In this document: positions 28,953 to 38,414 of the stretch, in pieces | Numbering within the stretch: the first letter of the stretch is position 1 | How the letters are laid out: each line of letters opens with the position of its first letter | NCBI GenBank assembly: GCA_018304425.1 | Contig: JAGVWE010000005.1 | Location: 153,534 to 217,533, forward strand | DNA: 64,000 bases | Source: Candidatus Iainarchaeum sp. | GTDB lineage: Archaea > Iainarchaeota > Iainarchaeia > Iainarchaeales > UBA10219 | Reading direction: 5' to 3' | Position numbers and translations under genes: made by a program | Notes under the pieces: generated by a model | Database searches by the model: none | Seen by the model: only the letters and a program-made list of their open reading frames with translations | What the model was told of the DNA's origin: nothing

Positions 28953-31403
28953 TTATTTTTTCGGCTCTGGCTTCTTTTTGGGGAGTGGCTTGACCTGCTT
29001 CCGCACCGAGCGCTGGACTTCCGACCAATCGCTTTCAACTCTCCCTACTGCCTGCCTTGCCTGGTCGGCTGCCACAACCTGGTCAATGGACTCCTCTTCG
29101 GCCAGGGCCTCGTACAACTGCTTGACCTTGGCATTGTATTCGTTGGTGAGTTTCCGGAAGTCCTCGGGGGAGATGCTGCGCTGCTTGAGGCTCCGCCGCA
29201 GGTCCCTGGACTTCATGTCAAACAACAAGAGGTCGGCGCGCAGCTTGTCCGAGGCAAAGGACTCCTCGGTCTTGGCTTCCCGCATGCGGAGCAGCCTCCG
29301 CAGTTGCTCGGACAACCGGCCTGACTCGGAGAGGTACTCGTCCTGGGAGAGCCTGCCCCTTGAAAGCCTTTCCTCGATTTCCCGCTGCTTTTGCTTGACC
29401 CCCTTTATTTCCTCGTACACCGAGTACTTGACGTCCGACTTCCGGGCTTTCAGTATCTTGAGCAGCAACACCAGCAGCACGATGAACAACACGGTGGGCA
29501 GGAGGAAAAACATGAGGTACCACTTGGTCTGATCGGTTTTCACGACCTCGTCGACGGCCGACTCCGAGCCCGTGTAGGGCTTGGCGGCGTTCTTTTCATA
29601 GAACTCGCTGACCTCTTCCACGGTCTTGAAGAGGCTCTCCGCCAACATGGCCAGGCTCAACCCGTTCTTCAGGGAGGAAAGGGCATCGCTTTTGTGGTTC
29701 AATTCCTTGTAGTAAACGGCTTCCTCCAGGTAATAGCGGGCGTGGTCGAGGTAGAGGTTGGCCCAGACATGCCGGTACTTGGAGTTGGCAATGGCCGAGC
29801 CCAAGTCGGCCAGTTTCTTGCGGAGGCTGGCCTCGAGCTTGACGGCATCGTCTTCCTTGGCCAGGCGCTTGCCCTCGATCAAGGCCTGCGCCGAGGCCGC
29901 GTTGAACAGGGCCGAGAGGCTCCAGCCACGCTTGAGTTCCTCCCGCGCCGAGGCAATCCGCCGCTCAATGTCCTCGATGTCCTCGCCCTTGAAAACCGTC
30001 AACCCGTTTTCCGCCTTCACCAGCAGGTCCTGCACGCGTTCCACGAAGTCAGGCAAGGGCTTCACCTTCTTCTGGGAGACCTTGGCCGCCTCGAAGAATT
30101 CCCGGGCCACCAGCAGCCAGGCCCTTGCGGACTCGAACTTGTAGAGGGCGTCGATGACGGCTTCCTTCTTGTCGGCCGAGCCCCCCGCCGAGACCACGAT
30201 GGTCTGGCCGCGGGACAACTCGTTCAAGGTGGTTTCGGCCCAGCCCAGCCGCTGCTGCGCGGAAACCATCCACTCCAGGCGGTCAACGGGCATGAACTCG
30301 GACAATTGCTTCTTCAAGTCCACGAGTTCCTGCTTGAGCAAATCCACTTTCAGGTCGAAAACCGTGGAATCGTCGGACAACAGCGAGGGGTTTTCCGCGA
30401 TGTCCTTGATGAGCATGGCGTTGACCCTTGCCAGGAATGCGAAGTTCGCGCTGCTGTACAGGTAGCCCTGGTCCAGGAGGATATCGGCCGTTTTGAGGTT
30501 CTTTTCCGCGTTGTTGAGGCTAGCCACCATCCGGCCGATGATGGAAACGTCTTCAATCAGGGTCGAGGAAAGCGCGTTCCGCGCCTCCTTCATGAGCTGC
30601 TTGGTTTCCTTCAAGTGCTTCCGGGTAATCTCCTTCATGGGCAGCAGTTCCTCTGCCGGCGTGGTCGGCTTTGGGACGAATTCGGGGGGCTCCTTTTCCG
30701 CCAACTCCTTGATGTCAATCTGCGATACATCCGTGTATGCGTACTTCAGGACGTCGTCCAGGGTGGAGGCCTCGACCACGTAGAGCCCCCACTTGTCCTT
30801 CGCGTACTGAATGAGGTTGATGGATTCGACGCCCGACTCGAGTTTCTCGATGCGGCGGGCTTCCCCCGAGGGAATCATGAACAGCTTCATGCCCCCGTCC
30901 TTCGCTGCCCTGGCCTTTTCGAAGACCCCTCCCACCGTGCCCACGATTCCGTCCTCGGAAATCGTGCCCGTGATGCTCACGTCTCGGGGAACGGTTTTTC
31001 CCTGCAGCAGGGCCGCCACCATGTAAGCCATGGCCGCTCCCGCCGAGGGCCCCTCGACCACGGCAGCGGTTGAACCAATCGAGAACTTGTAGTCGAACTT
31101 CTCCCATTCAGGAGAATACTTTTTTGCGGCCTGGACCGCGGCCTTTTCAGCGCTCTGCGTGGTCGTGCCCACCAGGGGGTTGACGGAAGTCCAGACCTTT
31201 CCGGTGCCGGGAACCAGTTCCAGGTAGAGGTCGGCTGAAAGCCCCTCGCCGTCGCCCGTGACGGCAAAAATCTTCATGGCCCCGCTGCGCACCTCGCCCT
31301 GGGACGCGGGCACGGCTTCCACGGCCCAGGCAAGCTGGCCAAGGCTGAACAGGAACAGGAAAACCAGTGCCACCTGCTTATTGAAAGCCAACCATTCACC
31401 CAA
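28953..31403 (-). CDS. Large S16 Lon-type protease: signal peptide, protease domain, helical region, TM, cytoplasmic tail
   Basis: EGPSAGAAM, ITGTI, VGGVFEKA; hydrophobic N-terminus; TM WYLMFFLLPTVLFIVLLVLLL. Confidence 0.85.
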   Translation of the reverse strand: MGEWLAFNKQVALVFLFLFSLGQLAWAVEAVPASQGEVRSGAMKIFAVTGDGEGLSADLYLELVPGTGKVWTSVNPLVGTTTQSAEKAAVQAAKKYSPEWEKFDYKFSIGSTAAVVEGPSAGAAMAYMVAALLQGKTVPRDVSITGTISEDGIVGTVGGVFEKARAAKDGGMKLFMIPSGEARRIEKLESGVESINLIQYAKDKWGLYVVEASTLDDVLKYAYTDVSQIDIKELAEKEPPEFVPKPTTPAEELLPMKEITRKHLKETKQLMKEARNALSSTLIEDVSIIGRMVASLNNAEKNLKTADILLDQGYLYSSANFAFLARVNAMLIKDIAENPSLLSDDSTVFDLKVDLLKQELVDLKKQLSEFMPVDRLEWMVSAQQRLGWAETTLNELSRGQTIVVSAGGSADKKEAVIDALYKFESARAWLLVAREFFEAAKVSQKKVKPLPDFVERVQDLLVKAENGLTVFKGEDIEDIERRIASAREELKRGWSLSALFNAASAQALIEGKRLAKEDDAVKLEASLRKKLADLGSAIANSKYRHVWANLYLDHARYYLEEAVYYKELNHKSDALSSLKNGLSLAMLAESLFKTVEEVSEFYEKNAAKPYTGSESAVDEVVKTDQTKWYLMFFLLPTVLFIVLLVLLLKILKARKSDVKYSVYEEIKGVKQKQREIEERLSRGRLSQDEYLSESGRLSEQLRRLLRMREAKTEESFASDKLRADLLLFDMKSRDLRRSLKQRSISPEDFRKLTNEYNAKVKQLYEALAEEESIDQVVAADQARQAVGRVESDWSEVQRSVRKQVKPLPKKKPEPKK

Positions 31404-31547
31404 TCGAATTCATATAATTAAGGGGCCGGGATTTAAATAGTTTTCCCGGTGGCTGGCAACGCCTTAAACGTGGATAAACAGGGGCATGCCCCGAAAAAAG
31501 AGGGAAACGGATTGCTGGTTTCGGCCCTGGCCCTTCGGCCATTGGCC

Positions 31548-31856
31548 TCAGCCGAACAATCCTGCGAGTCCTTCCGCTGCTTCCGCTTCCGATTTGCCGG
31601 CATCTTCCTTCTTCTCTTCCTTCTTGGCTTCGCCGGCGTGGCCTGCTGCGGCTGCTGGTGCGGCGGCTGCGGCTGGCGCGAAGGCTGCCTGCTTGATTGC
31701 GTCGTCGATGTTCACGTCCTTGAGGGACGCGACCAGCGCCTTCACCTGCGCTGAATCAGCCTTGACTCCGGCTGCTTCCAGCACCTTGGTTACGTGCGCT
31801 TCGTCGACTGGCTGCTTTACGGAATGCAAGAGCATTGCAGTGTAGACGTACTCCAT
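31548..31856 (-). CDS. rpl12: 50S ribosomal stalk protein L12 (P1/P2)
   Basis: MEYVYTAMLLH, Ala-rich hinge, acidic tail GLAGLFG. Confidence 0.96.
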   Translation of the reverse strand: MEYVYTAMLLHSVKQPVDEAHVTKVLEAAGVKADSAQVKALVASLKDVNIDDAIKQAAFAPAAAAAPAAAAGHAGEAKKEEKKEDAGKSEAEAAEGLAGLFG

Positions 31857-31896
31857 TTTTTCACCTCGCAAGATTTTTTTGTAAGCCTTACTCCCT

Positions 31897-32790
31897 TCAC
31901 TCCTTCTTCTCCGGTGCCTCGGCCTTCGAGGCCTCGGCCGCCGCCGCTGGTCCCTTGACCAGGCCCTTCAACGCGCCTGCCTGGGCGCTGGCCTTGGCCA
32001 GCAACAGGGGCGTGGTCTCGGCCGTGAAAATGCCGGCCTCCAGGGCCAATGCCCTGGCTTCCCTCGCCGCCTTGCCGATAAGCAGGGGCGTGGTCTGCAC
32101 CGTCAAGTACGCGATGTTGAACGCCAAGTTGAAGGCCTGGGTGTGGGCGACGACGAAGTCGTTGAACACCTGGTCCAAGTCGATGTCAAGGACGTCGGCC
32201 TTGTAAATCAGGCCCTTCTCCAGGGCAGCTGAAACCCGCATCGCGATTTTGATGGGCTTGATGTTGAGCTTGGAAAGCGTGGATGCAACGGGCTTGGTGA
32301 TGGGCTGGCCCTTCTTCGTGACCACCTTGTCTTCGACGACGTGAATGGTTGCACCCATCGGCCGGACGTTCAAGCCGGCTGCCTTGAGGTCGGACAGGGC
32401 CGGGCCAGGCGGCAGGCCCGTGTCCCCCGCCGGCACCGTGATGTCTTCAGGGGCCAGTTGGCCTTCCTTGGCAAAGGCAGCGCCCTTGTTCTTCTTGATA
32501 AACCCATACAATTCAAAGGGGTTCATCTTGCTGAAAATGATGCCCACGCTGCCCTTGACGTTCTCGGTGAGGCCCGCTCCCTTGAGCCTGGATTCCTCGA
32601 TGGCCTTCTGCACCACCCTCGCCTTGGACACCCTGACCACGGCATTGGGGTAGAGTTTCTTCCGCAACTGCGCGAAGAGGTTGGCCGGGAACCTTTCCAG
32701 GTCGGCCACGGCGATGACCGGGTAACTGTTCAGCAAATCCTTGATCTCGGCCAGCTGCTGCTTCTTCCACTTGAGGGTGTGGGACTTCAT
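31897..32790 (-). CDS. rpl10: 50S ribosomal protein L10 (P0)
   Basis: WKK, NPFELY, VPAGDTGLPPGP, LNIKP. Confidence 0.95.
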   Translation of the reverse strand: MKSHTLKWKKQQLAEIKDLLNSYPVIAVADLERFPANLFAQLRKKLYPNAVVRVSKARVVQKAIEESRLKGAGLTENVKGSVGIIFSKMNPFELYGFIKKNKGAAFAKEGQLAPEDITVPAGDTGLPPGPALSDLKAAGLNVRPMGATIHVVEDKVVTKKGQPITKPVASTLSKLNIKPIKIAMRVSAALEKGLIYKADVLDIDLDQVFNDFVVAHTQAFNLAFNIAYLTVQTTPLLIGKAAREARALALEAGIFTAETTPLLLAKASAQAGALKGLVKGPAAAAEASKAEAPEKKE

Positions 32791-33620
32791 TGCGCGTCGC
32801 CTCCCTCGGCGGGTTCAGCAGCGGTTGCTGGCGCAGCGGCTTTGGCTGCTTTCTTGGCTTTCGACTTTTTGGCGGCCTTGGCTTTCGCCTCGACGGGTTC
32901 CGATGCCTTCTTGGTTTCGGCCGCCGCCTTCCGGGCCAGCTTTTCCTTGTCAAGCTTGCGGTAGAACGCGCCAATCTTGACGCAGGGCCCCATGGTCAGC
33001 TTCACGAACGCGTTCTTGATGTTGTGCTTCTTCTTTTCGAGCACGGGCAGCACCGCGTTGTAGACTGCCAAGGCATTGGCGACGAGTTGCTGGTCCTCGC
33101 TTTTCTCGCTGCCGATGAGTAGTTGGACCACGGGCATGAACTTGCCCTTGTTGTTGGACACCTTCACGCTGGACGCCATGCCGGCCACGAACTTCTCGTA
33201 CTCGGCGACGCTGGGCTGCATGGGCTTGGGCATCTTCCGCTTGGGGGCCAGAGTCTGGCCCAGGCATTTCGCGACCACCAGCATGACCGCTCCCTCGGCG
33301 AGAAAACCATCATAGTCGTTGGCGAGTTTCTCGCCTTCCTTCTTGCCGAGCTTTTCGAGGTCCGCCTCCAACAGGAAGGGAATGCCTTTTTCCTTCAATT
33401 GTTCGGCGAAGTTCCGGTCCTTGACGAACACGAGGACTTTTGCCTGCGCGGCCTGACCCGTCCCAAACGGCAGGGTCACGTCCACGCTGACGCGGTTCGT
33501 GGCCTTCTTGAAGTCAACTCCCTTGAAGTTGATGCCGAACTCGACGGACTGCGTGAACTTCCTCGGAGGCGAGGACTCGCGCATCAGCTTGACGGCTTCC
33601 AGTATTTCCCTTTCTTCCAC
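32787..33620 (-). CDS. rpl1: 50S ribosomal protein L1
   Basis: RKFTQSVE, KMPKP, VKLTMGP; GTG start at 33620 after a GGAGGT RBS. Confidence 0.93.
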   Translation of the reverse strand: MEEREILEAVKLMRESSPPRKFTQSVEFGINFKGVDFKKATNRVSVDVTLPFGTGQAAQAKVLVFVKDRNFAEQLKEKGIPFLLEADLEKLGKKEGEKLANDYDGFLAEGAVMLVVAKCLGQTLAPKRKMPKPMQPSVAEYEKFVAGMASSVKVSNNKGKFMPVVQLLIGSEKSEDQQLVANALAVYNAVLPVLEKKKHNIKNAFVKLTMGPCVKIGAFYRKLDKEKLARKAAAETKKASEPVEAKAKAAKKSKAKKAAKAAAPATAAEPAEGGDAQ

Positions 33621-33750
33621 GTTGAACGACCTCCCAATATCAGTCCCGAAGGGCTGGATTGGTGAAACGGTGCTAACCACCCGGAGGCGAAAAATAGCAC
33701 GTAAACGCACTAATTGGCTGCGGCAAGGTTTTTAAAGCTATTCCCGGCGG

Positions 33751-34308
33751 CTATTGCTCAAACAACGGAAGCTGGCGAGCCCGTCCAGTAGGCTCCTGGC
33801 GGATTTCCAAGGCCCGATGAAAAACCAGCAGGGCCTCCCGCTCGGTGCTTCCCTTTTTTAACCGGTTTTTTGCCTGTTCAACCGCATCCAAAACGAGTTT
33901 CCGGTTCTGGGGGCTAACTGTGTCCGACAAATAGCTTTGGGCATAGGCGCGGATGCTGAAGTTCTCGTGCAATAACGCGTTGGCCACGGCCCGGATGGCA
34001 AAACGGTTGCCGTGGGAGGCCAGCAAACCCAACTTGAGCAAGGCATGGGCTTGGATTCCATGGGATTCCTTGCTATAAAGGACTCGGTTGATTTGGTTCA
34101 CGGCGGCCATGGAAGCCCGGGTGTTGCCGTTCAGAGCCAAGCGAGTGAAGCGCTCCAATGCCGCCTCGAGCTCTTCCTGCGAAGGAGCGCGCCAGCGTTT
34201 TTTGACTCTGCCTTCCTTGGTTCGCACAAAAGAGGACACCGTCCGAACCCGGCCTCTCCGGTCCACTTCAAGGCGGCCGACACGGTTCAAGCGACTGGGT
34301 ACCGACAT
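33751..34308 (-). CDS. Orphan Arg-rich protein with HEAT-like helical segment
   Basis: 185-aa ORF with its own TATA box (TTTTATATAA about 34338-34347); atypical codon usage. Confidence 0.6.
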   Translation of the reverse strand: MSVPSRLNRVGRLEVDRRGRVRTVSSFVRTKEGRVKKRWRAPSQEELEAALERFTRLALNGNTRASMAAVNQINRVLYSKESHGIQAHALLKLGLLASHGNRFAIRAVANALLHENFSIRAYAQSYLSDTVSPQNRKLVLDAVEQAKNRLKKGSTEREALLVFHRALEIRQEPTGRARQLPLFEQ

Positions 34309-34370
34309 TCATTCCACGCACTAATTAGGGGAGCAGGTTATATAAAAAAAGCGAGCCCAAAAAAAGCGCT

Positions 34371-35273
34371 TCACTTCTTTTTCTTGGGCCGGATGATGAG
34401 CGTGTTCCTATCCTCGGCCATGATATGGGTCATGGCAGTACTGGCCGAGGGCTTGGGCTTGGCTGTGCCGCGCTGCATTTCCTGGATGGCGCTCAACGGC
34501 CGGGCCGGAGCTTTGGGGACCTCGACCTTAGGGGCCTCGGCGGCCTTGGGTGTCTCGGCGGCCTTGGGAGTTACGTGCACAGGCACGGGTTCCTGCACCT
34601 TGGACGCGCCCGAAGGGTGGGGCACCGCGGGTTTCTCCATGACCGGCTCGGCCTTGGGTTCAATGTGCTTGGGCTCGTGTTTTGGCTCCTCCTTGGGAGC
34701 GGCAACGGCCTTGGGGGGCTCGTGCTTGGGCAAAGCCTTGGGTTCTTCCGGGGCTTTCTTGGGCGCTTCTTCGACGGCGTACTCCTTTTTTTCGGCGGGG
34801 GCGCCGAAGACGTCCGAGAACTCTCCCGCGTCAAAGCGTTTCTGCATGTCCTTGCCGCGCAGGCCCTCCACTTGGACGCCCATGGAATCGCAGACGCCGA
34901 TGACTTCGCGGGCCGCGCTGCGCAGGCTATAGGAGTTCATCTTGCCCATCTTCATTTCCGCGACCTTCTTGACCTGGTCGAGGGTCGCGTTGCCCACGAC
35001 TTCCGTCTTGGGGTTGGCGGCGCCGCGCTCGATGCCCAGCTCTTTCTTGATGAGTGCGCTCGTGGGCGGGCTGCCCACTTCGATGTCGAAGGACTTGGTC
35101 TTCGCGTCCACCAAAACCTTGACCGGCACCTTCATGCCGACAAAGGCCTTCGTCTTCTCGTTGATCGCGGAAACGACTTCGCCGATGTTCACGCCCATGG
35201 GACCCAATGCCGGGCCGAGGGGCGCGCCGGCGCTTGCTTTTCCGCCGTCCACCATGACGCTGAGTTCGGGCAT
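34371..35273 (-). CDS. rpl11: 50S ribosomal protein L11 with long Pro/Ala/Glu/Lys-rich C-terminal extension
   Basis: GGKASAGAPLGPALGPMGVN, MKVPV, PPTSALI, GVCDSMGV. Confidence 0.95.
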   Translation of the reverse strand: MPELSVMVDGGKASAGAPLGPALGPMGVNIGEVVSAINEKTKAFVGMKVPVKVLVDAKTKSFDIEVGSPPTSALIKKELGIERGAANPKTEVVGNATLDQVKKVAEMKMGKMNSYSLRSAAREVIGVCDSMGVQVEGLRGKDMQKRFDAGEFSDVFGAPAEKKEYAVEEAPKKAPEEPKALPKHEPPKAVAAPKEEPKHEPKHIEPKAEPVMEKPAVPHPSGASKVQEPVPVHVTPKAAETPKAAEAPKVEVPKAPARPLSAIQEMQRGTAKPKPSASTAMTHIMAEDRNTLIIRPKKKK

Positions 35274-35283
35274 TGGGTTTCAT

Positions 35284-35724
35284 TCACTCCTTCAAAATCC
35301 GGATGTGCTCGGCCTTGATGGTAACCGGGATCTTGACCGCGGCTTCGAGCAATTCAACCGTGACCTCTTCCTTAGTGTCGTTCACCCTAATAACCCTTGC
35401 CTTTTCGCCCTTGAAGGGCCCGGTGATGAGTTCGACCTTCTGGCCGGCCTTGATGGACTTCATGAGGGGCTTGGCCTCCAAGAGGCTGGATAGCTCGTCA
35501 ATCTTGACTTCCCCGCCGACGATGCCCCGGCCCTTGATGTGGGGCGTGTTGGCGATGCCTCGCCTCACCGTCATCTCGTTGTCGGCCTCGACCAGGATAT
35601 AACCCTTCAAGCCGGGAATCACGCAAAACGAGTAAATGTTCAGGTCCTCTTTCCTAATCTTGTTGGCGAGAATGTCGACTACGAGGGACTCCTGTCCGAC
35701 CGTGGTCCGCACCGTGAAAATCAT
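35284..35724 (-). CDS. spt5: Transcription elongation factor Spt5
   Basis: TTVGQE, KGYILVE, KOW motif GPFKGEKARV. Confidence 0.95.
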   Translation of the reverse strand: MIFTVRTTVGQESLVVDILANKIRKEDLNIYSFCVIPGLKGYILVEADNEMTVRRGIANTPHIKGRGIVGGEVKIDELSSLLEAKPLMKSIKAGQKVELITGPFKGEKARVIRVNDTKEEVTVELLEAAVKIPVTIKAEHIRILKE

Positions 35725-35796
35725 GGAAAAACCCTTTCCTTCAACGAAACGCTATTGGATTAAAGTAATAACAATTATAAAAGCGTGCCTACGTGC

Positions 35797-35979
35797 CTAC
35801 GCCTTCAAGCCCAGGAACAGGAAGACCAGGCTGATGAGGAAGCCAATGATGCCGATGAGGATGATGCCAATGCCCGTGACCTTCACCATGGTCGCGTACT
35901 CCTTGGCGTCGGGCTTCTTGGAGACCATGAGAATCCTCTTCGAGGCCTCCAAGAACTCCTGCAACGACATTCCAAACAT
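35797..35979 (-). CDS. secE: Protein translocase SecE (Sec61-gamma)
   Basis: KKPD..EY, one TM (GIILIGIIGF); conserved ftsZ-secE-spt5 synteny. Confidence 0.92.
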   Translation of the reverse strand: MFGMSLQEFLEASKRILMVSKKPDAKEYATMVKVTGIGIILIGIIGFLISLVFLFLGLKA

Positions 35980-36075
35980 GCTGATTCAGCCTCTTCCGAC
36001 AAATATTACCGCCCCATCGAACCCCTTTGGGGCAAGATGGGGCACGTATAGCGCGCAGCCGCCGCTTTCGTGCGG

Positions 36076-37269
36076 CTACCCGGTGAACTCAATGCCCAGG
36101 TCAAGCGGTCCCTTGGGGACCTTCAACTCGCCTTTCTCGGCGTCGAATTCCTCGACGTTGTCCAGGTAGGGAAACCTTCCCCCGGCGATGACGACCATGG
36201 CCTGGATCTGGTTCCTGGGAATGTTTTCGTCGATCATGGCGCCCCAGATGATGTGCGCGTTGGGGTTGATTTTGGCCGAGACCGCTTCCACGATCATTTC
36301 GGCCTCGCGCAGGGTCATGTCGGTTCCGCCCACCACGTTGACCAGGGCCCGGTTGGCGCCGGAAATGTCGACGTCCAACAGGGGTGAGGTCAACGCGTTT
36401 TCAACGGCTTCCAAAGCCCTTGAATCCGAGGCCTTCTCGCTCCTGGACTCGCCCAAGCCAATCATGGCCGCTCCCCCGTTGTGGAGGATGGTGCGCAGGT
36501 CCGCGAAGTCGAGGTTGATGAGGCCTGGCTTGGTGACCATTTCGGTGATGCCCTTGACGGCGTTGGTCAGCACCTCGTCCGCGACCTTGAACGCGGTGTT
36601 CAACGGCAGGTCCGGCGCAATCTCGAGTATCTTGTCGTTGGGAATGACGATGACCGTGTCCGCGTTCTTGCGGAGCCTGGCCAGTCCCTGGAGGGCGTGC
36701 TCCATGCGAGTCCTGCCTTCCACCGTGAACGGCAGGGTGACGACTCCAATTGTGAGCGCCTTGACTTCGGACGCGATTTCCGCGATGATGGGTGCAGCCC
36801 CGGTTCCCGTGCCGCCGCCCATTCCACACGTTATGAAGATGAGGTCGGAGTCCGCGAAGGTCTCGATGAGTTCGTCCAGCGATTCCCGCGCCGCGGCTTC
36901 TCCAACCGTTGGGTCGGAGCCCGAGCCCAGACCTCTGGTCAGCTTGCGGCCGATGAGGACTTTCCGGTCAGCGGCCACCTTCAACAGGTCCTGGGCGTCC
37001 GTGTTAATGGCGTAGGTTTCCGCGCCAATGATGCCGACTTCGCTCATGCGGTTAATCGTGTTGCAGCCGCCTCCCCCGCAGCCCACCACTCTAATGCGGG
37101 CCTGGGCTTTTTCCAGCAACTCGATGAGGTCCTCTTCCTTGTAATTGGTCTTGGCCTTGGGCTTGCCCTTGACCGCGTCGATTTTGTCCTTCAATTTGTC
37201 CATTTTCTTCTCAGCCTCGATGCGTTTAACGGCCTTGTTCACCAGCGAAGTGTCCTTGTCCAGTATCAC
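36076..37269 (-). CDS. ftsZ: Cell division protein FtsZ (FtsZ1 context)
   Basis: GCGGGGCN, NTDAQDL, GMGGGTGTG, INLDFADL. Confidence 0.97.
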   Translation of the reverse strand: MILDKDTSLVNKAVKRIEAEKKMDKLKDKIDAVKGKPKAKTNYKEEDLIELLEKAQARIRVVGCGGGGCNTINRMSEVGIIGAETYAINTDAQDLLKVAADRKVLIGRKLTRGLGSGSDPTVGEAAARESLDELIETFADSDLIFITCGMGGGTGTGAAPIIAEIASEVKALTIGVVTLPFTVEGRTRMEHALQGLARLRKNADTVIVIPNDKILEIAPDLPLNTAFKVADEVLTNAVKGITEMVTKPGLINLDFADLRTILHNGGAAMIGLGESRSEKASDSRALEAVENALTSPLLDVDISGANRALVNVVGGTDMTLREAEMIVEAVSAKINPNAHIIWGAMIDENIPRNQIQAMVVIAGGRFPYLDNVEEFDAEKGELKVPKGPLDLGIEFTG

Positions 37270-37446
37270 AATCTTGACCCCCTAAGTTGCACCCGTTGCC
37301 CGGCTTTCGGGCGATTTGGGCAATATATTACTCCCGTCTGAAAGGCTTTTAAAGGGTGCCCCCACAAGAAGCCCCTAAAACCCCTCAAACCGGCTGATTC
37401 AGGCTTAAAAATAATAAGCAAGCAGGCGTAATAGGGTAAGAGGGTT

Positions 37447-38403
37447 ATGCCAGGCAACCGGTTTAAATCCATTGTACGGGACATTAAGTGCCTTAAAATC
37501 CAGGGCGCCAGCCAGGTCCGCAAGTGGGCCATGAAGGCCCTGCGCTGGAGCGTCCGGGACAGCAGGGCCCGCTCCCTGGAAGCCTTTCGCCGGGAATTGA
37601 AGGGGAACGCGGTAACCCTGTTGAGGACGCGGCCCACGGAACCCGAGCTGCGCACCAGCCTCCGCATCTTCTTGCAGCAGGCCAACACCGGGTCTCCCAC
37701 GGTTCCGGCCTTGAAGCGGCTCCTGTTGAAGGCCTTGGACGGCTATGAAGGGGAACGCGTGCAGGCCTTGAAGGACGTGGCCGAAAACGGGTTGAAGGTC
37801 TTCTTCGACAACGCGGTTGTTTTCACGCACTGCCACTCGCACACCGTGGAAGCCGTTTTGTTGAAGGCCTGGAAGGCCGGCAAACTGAAAAGGGTTTACT
37901 GCACGGAGACGAGGCCGCTCTTCCAAGGCAGAATCACCGCGGCCAACCTCGCGAAGCACGGCGTGCCCGTGACCCTCATGGTTGACGGCGCCGCCGCCAC
38001 CTACATGAAGGAAGCCGACTTCTTCTTGTCCGGGGCCGATGCCGTGCTCGAAGACGGGAGCGTGGTGAACAAGGTGGGCACCAAGGCATTGTCCCTGATT
38101 GCGGCCCGTGAAGGCAAGCCCCACTTCGTGGCCTGTTCGACGAAAAAGTTCGACCCCATCACGTACTTTGGCGTCGAAGAAAAAATCGAGATGCGGAACC
38201 CGCGCGAGGTCTGGCCCGATAAACCCGGGCGCGTGCAGGTCCTGAACCCGGCCTTCGACTTGACCGAGGCAAGGTACGTGAAAGGCATCCTCACCGAGAA
38301 AGGCGTGCTCAAGCCCGAGCTCTTCGCCCTGCACATGATCAAGGAACTGGAACTCGACAAAAACAAGCGCGAGTGGTTCAGCCTGATCAGGTTGATGAAA
38401 TAG
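37447..38403 (+). CDS. Ribose-1,5-bisphosphate isomerase (eIF-2B-like family)
   Basis: IQGA, TRPT, THCHS, ETRPLFQG, GADA, NKVGT, NPAFDLT; AMP phosphorylase in the same window. Confidence 0.82.
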   Translation: MPGNRFKSIVRDIKCLKIQGASQVRKWAMKALRWSVRDSRARSLEAFRRELKGNAVTLLRTRPTEPELRTSLRIFLQQANTGSPTVPALKRLLLKALDGYEGERVQALKDVAENGLKVFFDNAVVFTHCHSHTVEAVLLKAWKAGKLKRVYCTETRPLFQGRITAANLAKHGVPVTLMVDGAAATYMKEADFFLSGADAVLEDGSVVNKVGTKALSLIAAREGKPHFVACSTKKFDPITYFGVEEKIEMRNPREVWPDKPGRVQVLNPAFDLTEARYVKGILTEKGVLKPELFALHMIKELELDKNKREWFSLIRLMK

Positions 38404-38414
38404 GGGGCAAACAA

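Noticed and set aside
33621-33710. Extended starts for rpl1 (likewise rpl44e, rpl21e, pyrF, hicB, aglB)
   Set aside because: Downstream starts match the family N-termini and RBS or TATA spacing.
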